A DNA stretch of 64,000 bases from Candidatus Methanosuratincola verstraetei. GTDB taxonomy: Archaea > Thermoproteota > Methanomethylicia > Methanomethylicales > Methanomethylicaceae. Below the pieces are notes generated by a model. It did not search any database and was not told the origin of the DNA. It saw only the letters and a list, made by a program, of their open reading frames with translations. Both the position numbers and the translations under genes were made by a program. The stretch spans positions 928,001 to 992,000 of the forward strand of contig CP186953.1 of NCBI GenBank assembly GCA_049570475.1, written 5' to 3'. Positions within the stretch are counted from its first letter, which is position 1, and each line of letters starts with the position of its first letter. Shown here one piece after another: positions 20,394-29,611 of the stretch.

Positions 20394-21447
20394 CAGTTTG
20401 ACCTCCGGGTTTTCTCATTCTCCTGAGCTTATTCCTGTAATAGTTGAGAGGGTGCTTGGCGTTCCTGCAGAACTCATCCATGCCGACGCATAGCCCGAAA
20501 GACCTTAGCACGTCGCATTTCGGGGGTTTGTACTTCGTCCTCGATCCGATCATCCCTGCTATGTGCTCGATCTGATACCTTGCCTTCCCTTCGTCGAAAT
20601 CCGCAACATTCCCGAAGAGCTTTAGAACATCGTCAACACTTTCGCCAACATTCACCATGAACGTGGTAAGCGCGAACCTTGCCATGTGCGAAAGGCTTTT
20701 TCCGGCCTTGACATCTTCCATTATTGCGACTATGCAAGGCGGCCTGGCGTCGCTTACAAGGCCCTGGGGCAGCTCATCATCAAACTGCATGTTCTCTTGC
20801 GCATACCTCTGTATCTCATCAAGGTAAGGCGCGAGTGCTTCGGGAATCCGGAAATTGTGCAGCTCCCTCTCGGAAGCCCTCCTGATGATCTTGGTCTTGA
20901 AGCCCTCGGAAATGAGCCGGGCAAGGCTTCCGGAATTGAGGAAGACGCGCCCGCCTTTTACGTACCTGTTGATGAGCTTCCAGTGGGGATCGTTGAAGCT
21001 GGTGGCCGCCTCAAGGTATGACTGGAGAGGGATGCTGAAAGGCAGCTCCTCCCATTCGAGCCTTAGGTCAACGGGCTCGATCTCCCATGAAAAACCAGAC
21101 TTCGCAATCTCTAAGAGCTTATCCCTTGGCTCTCTTCTGAGCTCCTCCTCCACCCGTTTGGCCTCGATCGTGGCGAACCTGTTGAGAAGCCAGTTGGACT
21201 TGCTTCCGTACACAAGCGCAAGTGAGAGCGGGTAGGATATTATCTCGGATTCTAGGTCAGAAAGATCCGCCGGATTGATCTTCCTGTCTATGCTATCCTT
21301 TATCCTTGTCAATGCCTTGCGTAGTATGCCTGAATACTCCTCGGCTGCGAGATCGCCGAGGTTCAGCTGCATGCTCTCAATATATGCTATTGATTGTTTG
21401 AGAAATGGGTATTTGGCGAGGTCTTCCTTGGTCAGCATCAGGCTCAT
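20365..21447 (-). CDS. priL: DNA primase large subunit
   Basis: KYPF, WKLINR, PPC, H.ARF, YQIEH and PPKC...C...C..HPL.YY Fe-S domain. Confidence 0.95.
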   Translation of the reverse strand: MSLMLTKEDLAKYPFLKQSIAYIESMQLNLGDLAAEEYSGILRKALTRIKDSIDRKINPADLSDLESEIISYPLSLALVYGSKSNWLLNRFATIEAKRVEEELRREPRDKLLEIAKSGFSWEIEPVDLRLEWEELPFSIPLQSYLEAATSFNDPHWKLINRYVKGGRVFLNSGSLARLISEGFKTKIIRRASERELHNFRIPEALAPYLDEIQRYAQENMQFDDELPQGLVSDARPPCIVAIMEDVKAGKSLSHMARFALTTFMVNVGESVDDVLKLFGNVADFDEGKARYQIEHIAGMIGSRTKYKPPKCDVLRSFGLCVGMDEFCRNAKHPLNYYRNKLRRMRKPGGQTGARDRKKGV

Positions 21448-21460
21448 CTATCAACTCTGG

Positions 21461-22213
21461 CTACTCCGACTCCATCCTCGGGGCCAGGTAGTAGACTATC
21501 TTGCCTCCGCTGGAGAGGTTGAAGTCCAGCCTCAGCGGCATTTCCTTTGAGAACATGATCGCCACTATCTCAGCCAACGATGCCGCCGTCATCATTTTGC
21601 TCAGGTAGTTCAGGCTATAGAGCGCCTGTGATGGCTCCTTTACCTCGACAGAAAGCAGCTCCCCGCTCTCCTTGGTGATCACGACTTCAACCTCGCCCCT
21701 GTCTCCGCTCGCGGTGATCTTCATCTGCCCGTCTTCTACCGACATCCGGACAAAGTCGCTCACCACTTCTGCGTCCTTTATAGCCTCCGTGATCGTGGAA
21801 GCTGGGGCCTTCACTGTGACGTTGAACGGGATCCTTGGCACCGAGAGCTCCTCCTTTCCGGTGTCAAGAAGCGGCAATGAGAAAGTTCTCGTAGTCTTCC
21901 CCCTGAGCCTCATCTTTAGCCGTGCTTCATCCTCGCCCTTCTCGATCTCCAGCTTCTCGTTCGATCCTGCCCTCCTCATCACATTCTTCATGTCCTCGAA
22001 ATTGACGCCGATCGGGACTTCGCCAGAGCACTCGTAGCTCTCGAATGCCCCCTTGGGGAGATCCAAGTCGACCATCGCAACCCTCGATGGATCCATGGCC
22101 CTCAGCTTTATCCCTGACGGGTCAGCTACAAATACGCCCTCGTCCACGAGGGTTGAGACAGACTCAATTATGCTCTTCCAGACCCTGCTGTCGGCGAGAA
22201 CCGCTTTAAACAC
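21461..22213 (-). CDS. pcn: PCNA sliding clamp
   Basis: AMDPSRV, YSLNYL and YYLAPR motifs. Confidence 0.97.
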   Translation of the reverse strand: MFKAVLADSRVWKSIIESVSTLVDEGVFVADPSGIKLRAMDPSRVAMVDLDLPKGAFESYECSGEVPIGVNFEDMKNVMRRAGSNEKLEIEKGEDEARLKMRLRGKTTRTFSLPLLDTGKEELSVPRIPFNVTVKAPASTITEAIKDAEVVSDFVRMSVEDGQMKITASGDRGEVEVVITKESGELLSVEVKEPSQALYSLNYLSKMMTAASLAEIVAIMFSKEMPLRLDFNLSSGGKIVYYLAPRMESE

Positions 22214-22331
22214 ATTCGTCCCTCCAGCTCAACCTATAAACTGTCTTAATACTTAAGAACTGCTGTCTGTGGGCAGCATGCGCCTCAGGCGCGGGGATCG
22301 TGACAAAATGAATTGGGACTGAGCTGAATCC

Positions 22332-22661
22332 CTATTCATATTCGCGCCATGTCGTCCCGCACTTCGTGCAACGGTAGAATCGCGTGGAAGGTTCGTCTGC
22401 GCTCCTAGTCTGCATCATCCAGTAGTAAGCCTCCATGTTGCCGCACTTCTTGCACTCTGCCTTTGTTACTGGGAGCGTCCTCTCCTTGCTAGGGTCACTG
22501 TCCTTCACGATGACCGTTTCGCTCTTCCTCTCCAGAACCTCGACGAACCTCTGAGCACTCTCTACGCCGATGCTCTTCTCGAACTTGCACTTCCTGCAGA
22601 CGAGTACCTTCCTCTTCCTGTCCTCAAGAAGTATGCAGTTGCAGTTAGGGCAGAACTCCAA
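22332..22661 (-). CDS. tfs: Transcription factor S
   Basis: FCPNC...CRKC, CKKC...QTRSADE...CTKC. Confidence 0.96.
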   Translation of the reverse strand: MEFCPNCNCILLEDRKRKVLVCRKCKFEKSIGVESAQRFVEVLERKSETVIVKDSDPSKERTLPVTKAECKKCGNMEAYYWMMQTRSADEPSTRFYRCTKCGTTWREYE

Positions 22662-22878
22662 CGTTAACCCCTAGCGAAAATCCACCACTCTTGATTTAAC
22701 CCTTTCGGCAGGAAGCCCCAATTTGTTCCGATCTGGAATTAAATATGATTTCCACCGGCTGCGGGGCCCTTCCTTTTTTCAAACTGAATGATCTTCACTC
22801 CAGGGAATTTTGGTGAGGCGTTATATTTCAATCAAGTCATTGCGCTCCAGGCTAGGGCAGCCCGATGCTCTAGGACGG

Positions 22879-23235
22879 TCATTCCTCTTCAGGCCTGATC
22901 TTACTCCTCTGGTACTCTTTCAGCCCTTCAATGATCACCGAAGCCTGCCTCATGTTCCTCGCCGGTAGTTGCTCTCTGAGGATCCCGCGCCCTGCGAGCC
23001 AATCCTCGAGATCGGAGGCGCCTTGCAGAGCAAGGAGGCCTTCGCCTGCCGCGAATGATTTTATCTCCTCGATGTACCCCGATCTTCGAAGCCATTCGAT
23101 GAGTTCCCATGCCGTTTTGGCTTCGCAGGAGGCGATTGTGTCTATCCACCCTCCCCTGAATATGATGATAATGGCTCTTCCCATGCCTGGGATTGCGTCT
23201 ATGTACGCAATCCTGGCCTCCCTCTTTGCCACCAC
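22879..23235 (-). CDS. Hypothetical protein resembling a truncated DUF99 N-terminal half
   Basis: RIAYID...IFRGGWIDTI...ELIEWLRRS resembles DUF99; abuts the RNase III-like gene. Confidence 0.45.
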   Translation of the reverse strand: MVAKREARIAYIDAIPGMGRAIIIIFRGGWIDTIASCEAKTAWELIEWLRRSGYIEEIKSFAAGEGLLALQGASDLEDWLAGRGILREQLPARNMRQASVIIEGLKEYQRSKIRPEEE

Positions 23236-23670
23236 TCATGCCCCCGTGCCTGGTCCGCAGATCCTACTCATAGCCGTCAGGAACAGCACCGCGAATGCCT
23301 TGGCTGCCGCCTCTTCCTCCTCCTTCCTGCTCTCGCACTTCATTCCCCTCAGTCCCGACTCAACCACGCCCACCGCCTCTTCAAGTGTAAGGAGATCATT
23401 TGTCCATGCATATGCGAGTGCCCCCTCGACAATGTCCCCACGCTCTCCATGGTTGAGCCTGGATGGGACCTTTACCCCCGACATTGAAAGGGATCTCGAC
23501 AGGATCTTGTCTGGCACTTTGCCTCCAAACGGTCTTCCTGAAGATCTGGACTTGGCGGACGAGTAAACGAGGTTCACGAACGCGTCCCCGAGCCTCGAGA
23601 ACCCCTTGTCCTTCGATAGCGCTAGAATCGTCTCATACACATCACTAGTCGGGGCATCCAAGATCTTCAC
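23236..23670 (-). CDS. Archaeal mini RNase III-like protein
   Basis: DKG.SRLGDA.VN..YS.A, KVPDK.L and GDIVEG..AYAW; start moved to GTG at 23670. Confidence 0.8.
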   Translation of the reverse strand: MKILDAPTSDVYETILALSKDKGFSRLGDAFVNLVYSSAKSRSSGRPFGGKVPDKILSRSLSMSGVKVPSRLNHGERGDIVEGALAYAWTNDLLTLEEAVGVVESGLRGMKCESRKEEEEAAAKAFAVLFLTAMSRICGPGTGA

Positions 23671-23793
23671 CGCTGGGCGAATAATCCCTTTGCTCCAAAA
23701 ATATCTTATGTTCAAGCAAAGCAAAAACAGCAGGACAGCCGCTCGGCGGAACAATCCCTGAGCAGTTGTTTGCCTGCCCTGTTTGGCTCTCAC

Positions 23794-24069
23794 TCACGTG
23801 CTTGACTTAACCTTCTCTTTGAACTCCTCGACTTCCTTCCCCATCCTGCTCAGGGCCTCCGCGACCGCCGCCCGCGGCGCTAAGCCTTCTTCCGTCACCA
23901 CTACAACCCTTATGCCGCCAGTCAGCGGGTGGATTATGTCGTATCCGGCCTGCTTAACGCCCTTAATCGATATCAGGGTCGCCCTGAGGTAGTTTCCAAG
24001 CGTGTGGTCCTCCCCGGGTATCTCGAGCTCTAGCCTGTTCTTCCCTTCGCTTATGACTTTGACCTCCAT
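23794..24069 (-). CDS. rpoL: RNA polymerase subunit L (Rpo11)
   Basis: GEDHTLGN and GY.I.HPL motifs. Confidence 0.97.
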   Translation of the reverse strand: MEVKVISEGKNRLELEIPGEDHTLGNYLRATLISIKGVKQAGYDIIHPLTGGIRVVVVTEEGLAPRAAVAEALSRMGKEVEEFKEKVKSST

Positions 24070-24076
24070 AATGAAT

Positions 24077-24631
24077 CTACTCCTTCAGAAGGTATAGCCT
24101 GGATATCTTCTTCTTCTCCGATATATTGTCATTGGTGCAGTAAAGCTTCCCCTTCTTAAGCACGAGGTCCCCGCCGCACTTCGTGCAGGTGGCGTATATC
24201 ACTCCCAGATCGTCATCGACTGTCGATAGCTGGTAGGGTGCCCATCCAGTCGTGACCTTCGCAAGGATCCTGTCGTTCAGGTTCACGGCGTCGAATATGC
24301 TTTTGGTGTAATCCTTCGAAACCTGCGAAATGTGCAGCTGCGCTGAGAAGTCCCCCGTCAGGGGCCTCTTCCCCTTTATCTCCACGATCTTCACTAGCGC
24401 GACGTCCTCTTTCATGCCCACCACGATGCCCTCGACCACGTCGCCGACTTCGGGCACCGCGGGCTTCTTGCTAGGGGCCACTCCTACACTCCTGTTCTTT
24501 GGGTCAATTTCAAGCTCCCCTGCCATGCTGGAGAAGATCTTTCCGTCTTCCTCATAAGTGCCGCTCCCCGGAATGTACTCCTCTATTACCCCTAGTTTCT
24601 CCCCGGGTGAGACTATCTTTGTTTTTGACAT
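24077..24631 (-). CDS. csl4: Exosome subunit Csl4
   Basis: PGEKLG..EEY.PG.GTYE, S1 domain, LGVIYA.C..C. Confidence 0.95.
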   Translation of the reverse strand: MSKTKIVSPGEKLGVIEEYIPGSGTYEEDGKIFSSMAGELEIDPKNRSVGVAPSKKPAVPEVGDVVEGIVVGMKEDVALVKIVEIKGKRPLTGDFSAQLHISQVSKDYTKSIFDAVNLNDRILAKVTTGWAPYQLSTVDDDLGVIYATCTKCGGDLVLKKGKLYCTNDNISEKKKISRLYLLKE

Positions 24632-24633
24632 GT

Positions 24634-25293
24634 CTACCTGCCCCTCACGATCCTGAATAGATAAGCCTCAAAGGCATATGATCTCTTTTTATGGAAGTGA
24701 TAGGTCGGCGAGAGTTTTATCTTTAACGGAAGCATCTCGTCGATGCGCCCGCCGCACTCCGCTACGAACGTTGACACAAACCCCATCACCGCCTCTCCAC
24801 CCTTGTGTATCGAGTATACCCTGGGGGCGATCTCAAGGCTCTTTCGTATGAAGGCCCTGTCCGCCCCCTTTACCCTGACTCCGAATGGGGGGTTCTGGAC
24901 AACCACATCAGCATCAAGCTCGAGTCTGCTCACCTCTGAGTTGATAAAGTCAACGGATGAAGCCACAGAGAGCATCTGACATGTTTCCCTTGCCTTGATG
25001 ATAGATCCGATGTCGATGTCGACCCCTACGACATACTCCGCCCCCATCAGCGCGACCCCCGCGGTGAGCATCCCTGTCCCGCACCCGAGATCTACGATCC
25101 GCTTCCCTCGGATGTCCTGGTGCCTCATCTCGATGTACCATATGACCTCAGCGGCGAGCTGTGCTGGGAGTCTGTACTGCTCGTAGGCAATATTCGGCCC
25201 CTCGAACTCTCTGACCGTTTCGAGAAGGATCTCTAGCTCTCTCTTTGACCTGGGGGGGCTTCGCCCTTCAAGCCCGCTGCATGAAGGCTCCAT
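24634..25293 (-). CDS. METTL5-like N6-adenine RNA methyltransferase
   Basis: EQY, DLGCGTG, NPPFG and FHKK motifs. Confidence 0.9.
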   Translation of the reverse strand: MEPSCSGLEGRSPPRSKRELEILLETVREFEGPNIAYEQYRLPAQLAAEVIWYIEMRHQDIRGKRIVDLGCGTGMLTAGVALMGAEYVVGVDIDIGSIIKARETCQMLSVASSVDFINSEVSRLELDADVVVQNPPFGVRVKGADRAFIRKSLEIAPRVYSIHKGGEAVMGFVSTFVAECGGRIDEMLPLKIKLSPTYHFHKKRSYAFEAYLFRIVRGR

Positions 25294-25309
25294 TACGATC
25301 CTCCAACCA

Positions 25310-26275
25310 TTATCTGTTGCCGGGCTTAATGATCTCGAGCATCTTCCACGCCTCAGCCTCGTTCAGGACTGGTCTGTTAGGATCCTGGTATGCGTCCGTT
25401 GCGATTCTCGGGCATCCAGTTACGATGAACGCCTCAATGAATGGGAATGACGCAAACCTCTCGGGACTGACTTCATCGCCGACCAGCTGATATGCCTCCC
25501 TGCCTGCCGCCCTGATCCCCGCAGCAATCTTTTCTGCAGATTTTATGCTGAACTGCCCTGGCTTGGTCACCACAATGACCCCAAAACGCTTGGACTTGGC
25601 AGCTTCCATTATCGCCCACCACCGCTGCGAAAGAGTCTTCTTCACCATCTCAACGGTGCCCCTAACCTCGTTCCTGTATGGATCCGCGATGAAAACCTCT
25701 TTCTCGACGTCCATTGCGACCCCAAGGGGGTGGAATTCGCCTCCGCCTATGAAGAGGAAAGCGTCTACCTCGCCTTCAATCCTCTTGGCGCCGCCAGTGC
25801 GGCATCCAAGAACAAGACCGGCTGTCTGCCTGTCGACAACGGGCATAATCCCAGCGGCCTCCAGCGCCCTGACGAACTCCCCAACATGCACTACGTGCTG
25901 GAGATTAGCAAGGACCCCTACCTTCGTGAACCCCCTCTTCTTCAATTCAGATGCAGCCAGGCTGGCGAGGTCTTTGACATCAACCATGTGGGGGGCTGGA
26001 AGGTAAATTGTTTGGACCTTTTCTGCCCCCTCGATGAACTTTTCATGCCCTATGTGGATCACCATATCTGCCCCGATCATCGCAGCCTTGTCGTCCTCCA
26101 GATCGCAGCCCCCATAGCAGGGGTTTATCGAGACATAGACTTCGCAGACCTTTGAAAGCCTGGAGACGAAGTCTGCGAGGAACTGCTTTAGCCCATCGGG
26201 GGCCTGCACAAAAACTTTCTTTGCCCTCCTCCTCTCCACCTCCCCGACTGCCCTCTCGATTTCAAAATCGTACAC
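25310..26275 (-). CDS. dph2: Diphthamide synthesis protein Dph2
   Basis: Q.PDGLK, CYGGCD, VLGC, KPGQ and GCPR motifs. Confidence 0.95.
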   Translation of the reverse strand: MYDFEIERAVGEVERRRAKKVFVQAPDGLKQFLADFVSRLSKVCEVYVSINPCYGGCDLEDDKAAMIGADMVIHIGHEKFIEGAEKVQTIYLPAPHMVDVKDLASLAASELKKRGFTKVGVLANLQHVVHVGEFVRALEAAGIMPVVDRQTAGLVLGCRTGGAKRIEGEVDAFLFIGGGEFHPLGVAMDVEKEVFIADPYRNEVRGTVEMVKKTLSQRWWAIMEAAKSKRFGVIVVTKPGQFSIKSAEKIAAGIRAAGREAYQLVGDEVSPERFASFPFIEAFIVTGCPRIATDAYQDPNRPVLNEAEAWKMLEIIKPGNR

Positions 26276-26347
26276 TCTTTCACCCTCAAAAAACAGGGGC
26301 TGGCAAACGGGGCTGAAGACCAGATAATGTGGGCGTTCTTATGCCCT

Positions 26348-26848
26348 TCAGCTCACTTCTATTACCCTGCAGGGCATTGGCATCTTCGCACAGGCTAGCT
26401 TCAGCGCTTGCTTTGCCACGTCCTTCTTGTCCGGAGCGACCCTGACGTCCATTATGGGCTGCATAGCCCTGAACCTGGCGGCTGTGCCGGCCGGTTTCCC
26501 AAACGACCTCCTCATACCGTCCTGGAGCCTGTCCGCCCCTGCGAATGCCATCATCTTGTTTTCCCTGAGCACCTGGTGCGGGTAAGCCCTGACCTTCAAG
26601 TGGAAGCCCTTTTCTCCGAGGATGGTCTGCAGGTGCTTCGTCGCGATCACCCTCGCCGCCTCAAGCGCATTGTGCCTTATCTGTCCCGCCTCCAGCGGGA
26701 TCAGCCTGACGAGCGCTTGGAAGTCTCCGTTCGGGTCACCGTAGTCGAACTTGGTGATCTTCGACCCAGGGACACCCCTGATGTACTCCTTTCTGGTGTA
26801 AGCCGGCGTATCGAAATACCGGTAGCAGTGTGCCGGTCTCTCTGGCAT
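26348..26848 (-). CDS. rpl10e: Ribosomal protein L10e/uL16
   Basis: RP..CYR, YTRKEY, ALEAAR and GADRLQDGMR motifs. Confidence 0.98.
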   Translation of the reverse strand: MPERPAHCYRYFDTPAYTRKEYIRGVPGSKITKFDYGDPNGDFQALVRLIPLEAGQIRHNALEAARVIATKHLQTILGEKGFHLKVRAYPHQVLRENKMMAFAGADRLQDGMRRSFGKPAGTAARFRAMQPIMDVRVAPDKKDVAKQALKLACAKMPMPCRVIEVS

Positions 26849-26922
26849 GATTATTCCTCCGAATGCTTCCAGATGGAAGTGAAATCCTTAGTATTTTAGC
26901 TTTTCCATGCTCTCGGAGAGCC

Positions 26923-27498
26923 TTATTCCTTCCGGATCATCCTTATCACCACAAGGCTCTCGAATTCGAAATCCCTGCGCCCTACTACCTGGGCATCAAG
27001 CCCTTCCGACTCCGCCCTCTCGATGCTCTCATGTATCCCATTGAGGCTGGACTGTAGCATGTATGCCCTCCCGCCCGGGCTCAGGAAATCGCCGACCTCT
27101 GAGATGAACCTGTCTATGATCAGCCTGCCTGAAGCCCCCCCGCTCCAGGCTAGATCAGCCGGGGCCCCGTCCCCATCTGGCAGGTAAGGCGGGTTCATTA
27201 ATATCAGGTCGAACTCGCCATGGAGGGGCGAGAAGAGATCGCCGACGACCACATGCGCCGTCATGCCATTCTCCCTGTAGTTCAGGAGGGTATTCATCGC
27301 GGCCGCCGGGTTCAGGTCAACCGCGACCATTTCACCTACGCGGCTGGCTATACTCAGACCTACAGCGCCGGTTCCGGAGCAGAGCTCTAGCCCTCTCGCT
27401 GCCCTCTCTCCGCTCACCGCATCCATCAACAAGAATGTGTCCTCCGAAGGAGGGTACACCCCGTCAAAGACCCGTATCTCGAGCCCCCTTATCCTCAA
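26923..27498 (-). CDS. HemK2/Mtq2-type protein glutamine methyltransferase
   Basis: VYPPSEDTFLL, GTG, NPPYLP and W.GG..G motifs. Confidence 0.9.
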   Translation of the reverse strand: MRIRGLEIRVFDGVYPPSEDTFLLMDAVSGERAARGLELCSGTGAVGLSIASRVGEMVAVDLNPAAAMNTLLNYRENGMTAHVVVGDLFSPLHGEFDLILMNPPYLPDGDGAPADLAWSGGASGRLIIDRFISEVGDFLSPGGRAYMLQSSLNGIHESIERAESEGLDAQVVGRRDFEFESLVVIRMIRKE

Positions 27499-28330
27499 TG
27501 CCTCCCGCCCCCAACCTCGAAAACGCTCTGCTTATCTCCAAGAAATCGCCTGGGCTGAGCTCGAAGACCCTTTTCTCTATCATCCCCACTCCAATCATGG
27601 CTTCAAGCAATGCCCTGTCCATGCCCCTCGACTTGGAGAATGTCTCAAGGGCTTTTCTAAGGGTCCTCCTCCTTTGGGAGAAGAGGAATTTGAGCGTCGC
27701 GTCGAGCGCCTTCCACTCTGCCAAATTTGGCGCCTTTGTCTTTTTTATAGTCACCACTGTGCTATTTACGCTCGGGGCGGGGTAGAACGACTCCGGAGGG
27801 AAATCTGCTACTGCCTTTACCTCGGCTAATAGCGATACGGCTACACTCAGCCTCGAGTAATCAGGGTCAGAAGGTTTTGCCCGAAGTCTGTCTGCAACCT
27901 CCTTTTGGAAGGTGAATGCCCCGAGCCTGAATCCCCTATCCGAGAGCAGCTTGAAAGTTATCGGCGTTGATATCGAGTAGGGGAGGTTTGAGACGACCTT
28001 GTCGACCTCGGGCAAATCGATCCGCAGGATATCTGCCTGGATGACCTCTACATTTGATCCAGAGAACTTTTCTGACAGATACCTGGCGGAAGCCGGATCG
28101 CTCTCTACAGCTATGACTTTCCTTGCCCTCTTGCTTATCTCCTCTGTCAGCGTCCCTATCCCAGGCCCGATCTCGAGCACGGTCTCGTTCCCGGAGATCG
28201 CTGCAGAATCCAATAGGCACTTGATCAGTGCAGGATCAACGACATAGTTCTGTCCATGGGATTTGCTTGGCCTTATGCCAGCCTCCTCCAACGCCCTCTT
28301 TGTGAGCGCGAGGAGCGAACGGTCGGTCAA
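27464..28330 (-). CDS. rsmA: 16S rRNA dimethyladenosine transferase
   Basis: GQNY, LEIGPG.G.LT, SNLPYSIS and F.P.P.V.S motifs; start moved to TTG at 28330. Confidence 0.95.
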   Translation of the reverse strand: MTDRSLLALTKRALEEAGIRPSKSHGQNYVVDPALIKCLLDSAAISGNETVLEIGPGIGTLTEEISKRARKVIAVESDPASARYLSEKFSGSNVEVIQADILRIDLPEVDKVVSNLPYSISTPITFKLLSDRGFRLGAFTFQKEVADRLRAKPSDPDYSRLSVAVSLLAEVKAVADFPPESFYPAPSVNSTVVTIKKTKAPNLAEWKALDATLKFLFSQRRRTLRKALETFSKSRGMDRALLEAMIGVGMIEKRVFELSPGDFLEISRAFSRLGAGGIEDKGARDTGL

Positions 28331-28332
28331 GA

Positions 28333-28923
28333 TCAGAATTCCTTCCTCATAGGGGGCTTGGTGAAGATGTAGTACTTGTCTTCGTTCATAATCTCCTGCA
28401 TTATCCTCTTCACAATCGTCTTCTTCGGATCCGGTATGCGCGTCCTGCTCTGGATGTCGTCGAAGCTCGCAAAGGGCCCCTTCTTCCTCTCCTCGAGGAT
28501 CTGCCACATTGCCTTCTTGCCTATCCCGGGGAGGAGCTCCAGCGAGTGCATCCTTGTAGTCACAGGGCCGGCGTTGTTGAAGAACGAGACGAACCTCTCC
28601 GCGTTTTTGGTCACGAGCTCCTCTATCACGCTCGGGAGCTCATCCTTTGCATTCTGGGTGAGCTCTTCATAATCGATCCTCCTCTTCACGTGGTCGATCT
28701 TGTCCCTGCCCCACTTACCTATCGCGATGAGCTCCCTGTGCTGGAACGATGCCCCTGGGACCGGGATCAGCTCGAGTAGCGTAAAGTACTCAGTCCCTAC
28801 TGCTTGGACCAGCGGCTCCCTCCTGTACAGCGGCCTGGTGTCCCTAGGATGCCCATAGGGGAGGTGCTCCAAGACGACAGCGAAGTCTTCAAATTTTCTC
28901 GGCTGATCCCTCTGGCTGCTCAT
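28333..28923 (-). CDS. DUF655 family putative RNA-binding protein
   Basis: QAVG..YFTLLE, FFN.A.P.T.R.H.LELLPGIGKK; canonical position beside rpoF. Confidence 0.92.
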   Translation of the reverse strand: MSSQRDQPRKFEDFAVVLEHLPYGHPRDTRPLYRREPLVQAVGTEYFTLLELIPVPGASFQHRELIAIGKWGRDKIDHVKRRIDYEELTQNAKDELPSVIEELVTKNAERFVSFFNNAGPVTTRMHSLELLPGIGKKAMWQILEERKKGPFASFDDIQSRTRIPDPKKTIVKRIMQEIMNEDKYYIFTKPPMRKEF

Positions 28924-28982
28924 AAACCTCACCGTTTAAGCGCTCTATTTACATTATTAAGTGCATTAAAATAGATATAGGC

Positions 28983-29312
28983 TTACCTGAACATATTGAT
29001 GATGCTCAGGATCTTCTCGAGCTCGGAGGGAAGGATAGGCCTGCTTTCTGCGGAAAATATCGTCCTAAGCTCCTCGACACTCGTAGGCAGGACGTTTACT
29101 ATCTGCGTCGCGAGCGTTCCTGAGATGCCTTCCTCCTTCAGCCTGGACAGCAGGGCGTCCGCTTTCTCAGCATCGATCTTCGAGAACTTGGACGCATAGT
29201 CGTAGGTGATCTTCTGGAGGTGGCTCAGCTCCCCGTCCTTCTGGCGCTGCTCTAGCAGCATTTTGACCTTTGGGAGCGTAACCTCTTCTTCCTTGACAAT
29301 CTCTCTGGGCAT
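28983..29312 (-). CDS. rpoF: RNA polymerase subunit F (Rpo4)
   Basis: HRDC-like IVNVLP.SVEELR; context between rpl21e and DUF655. Confidence 0.93.
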   Translation of the reverse strand: MPREIVKEEEVTLPKVKMLLEQRQKDGELSHLQKITYDYASKFSKIDAEKADALLSRLKEEGISGTLATQIVNVLPTSVEELRTIFSAESRPILPSELEKILSIINMFR

Positions 29313-29609
29313 TCACTGCCCCTCTATCGGCTTTATGTGCTCAGGTCTTGCGATGATAGTCTTCTCAAACCCGCCCATGTGGACCCTGATGACGTATGCC
29401 CTGCCCCTCTTCTCGACCACAGTGCCGGTCCTCCCGTGGAACCTCCTGTGCGGCATCCCCTTTACCGTGGACGGGTCTATCTTGATCGTGACCTTCTCGC
29501 CCTCAGCGTACTCCCTGAGTATCCTGTTGATTGGGGAGAGCCCCCTCTCTCTCGGACCCTTCTTAAGAAGGGTTCTGGTCCTGTTCCTGTAGCCAACCGA
29601 ATGCCTCAT
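29313..29609 (-). CDS. rpl21e: Ribosomal protein L21e
   Basis: GYR..TR, GMPH.RFHG.TG and RPEH motifs. Confidence 0.98.
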   Translation of the reverse strand: MRHSVGYRNRTRTLLKKGPRERGLSPINRILREYAEGEKVTIKIDPSTVKGMPHRRFHGRTGTVVEKRGRAYVIRVHMGGFEKTIIARPEHIKPIEGQ

Positions 29610-29611
29610 AT

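Noticed and set aside
18100-26885. ORB-like words TTCCAACTCGAAGT (about 18107) and TTCCAGATGGAAGT (about 26867)
   Set aside because: They are isolated, imperfect, inside short promoter spacers and far from cdc6.
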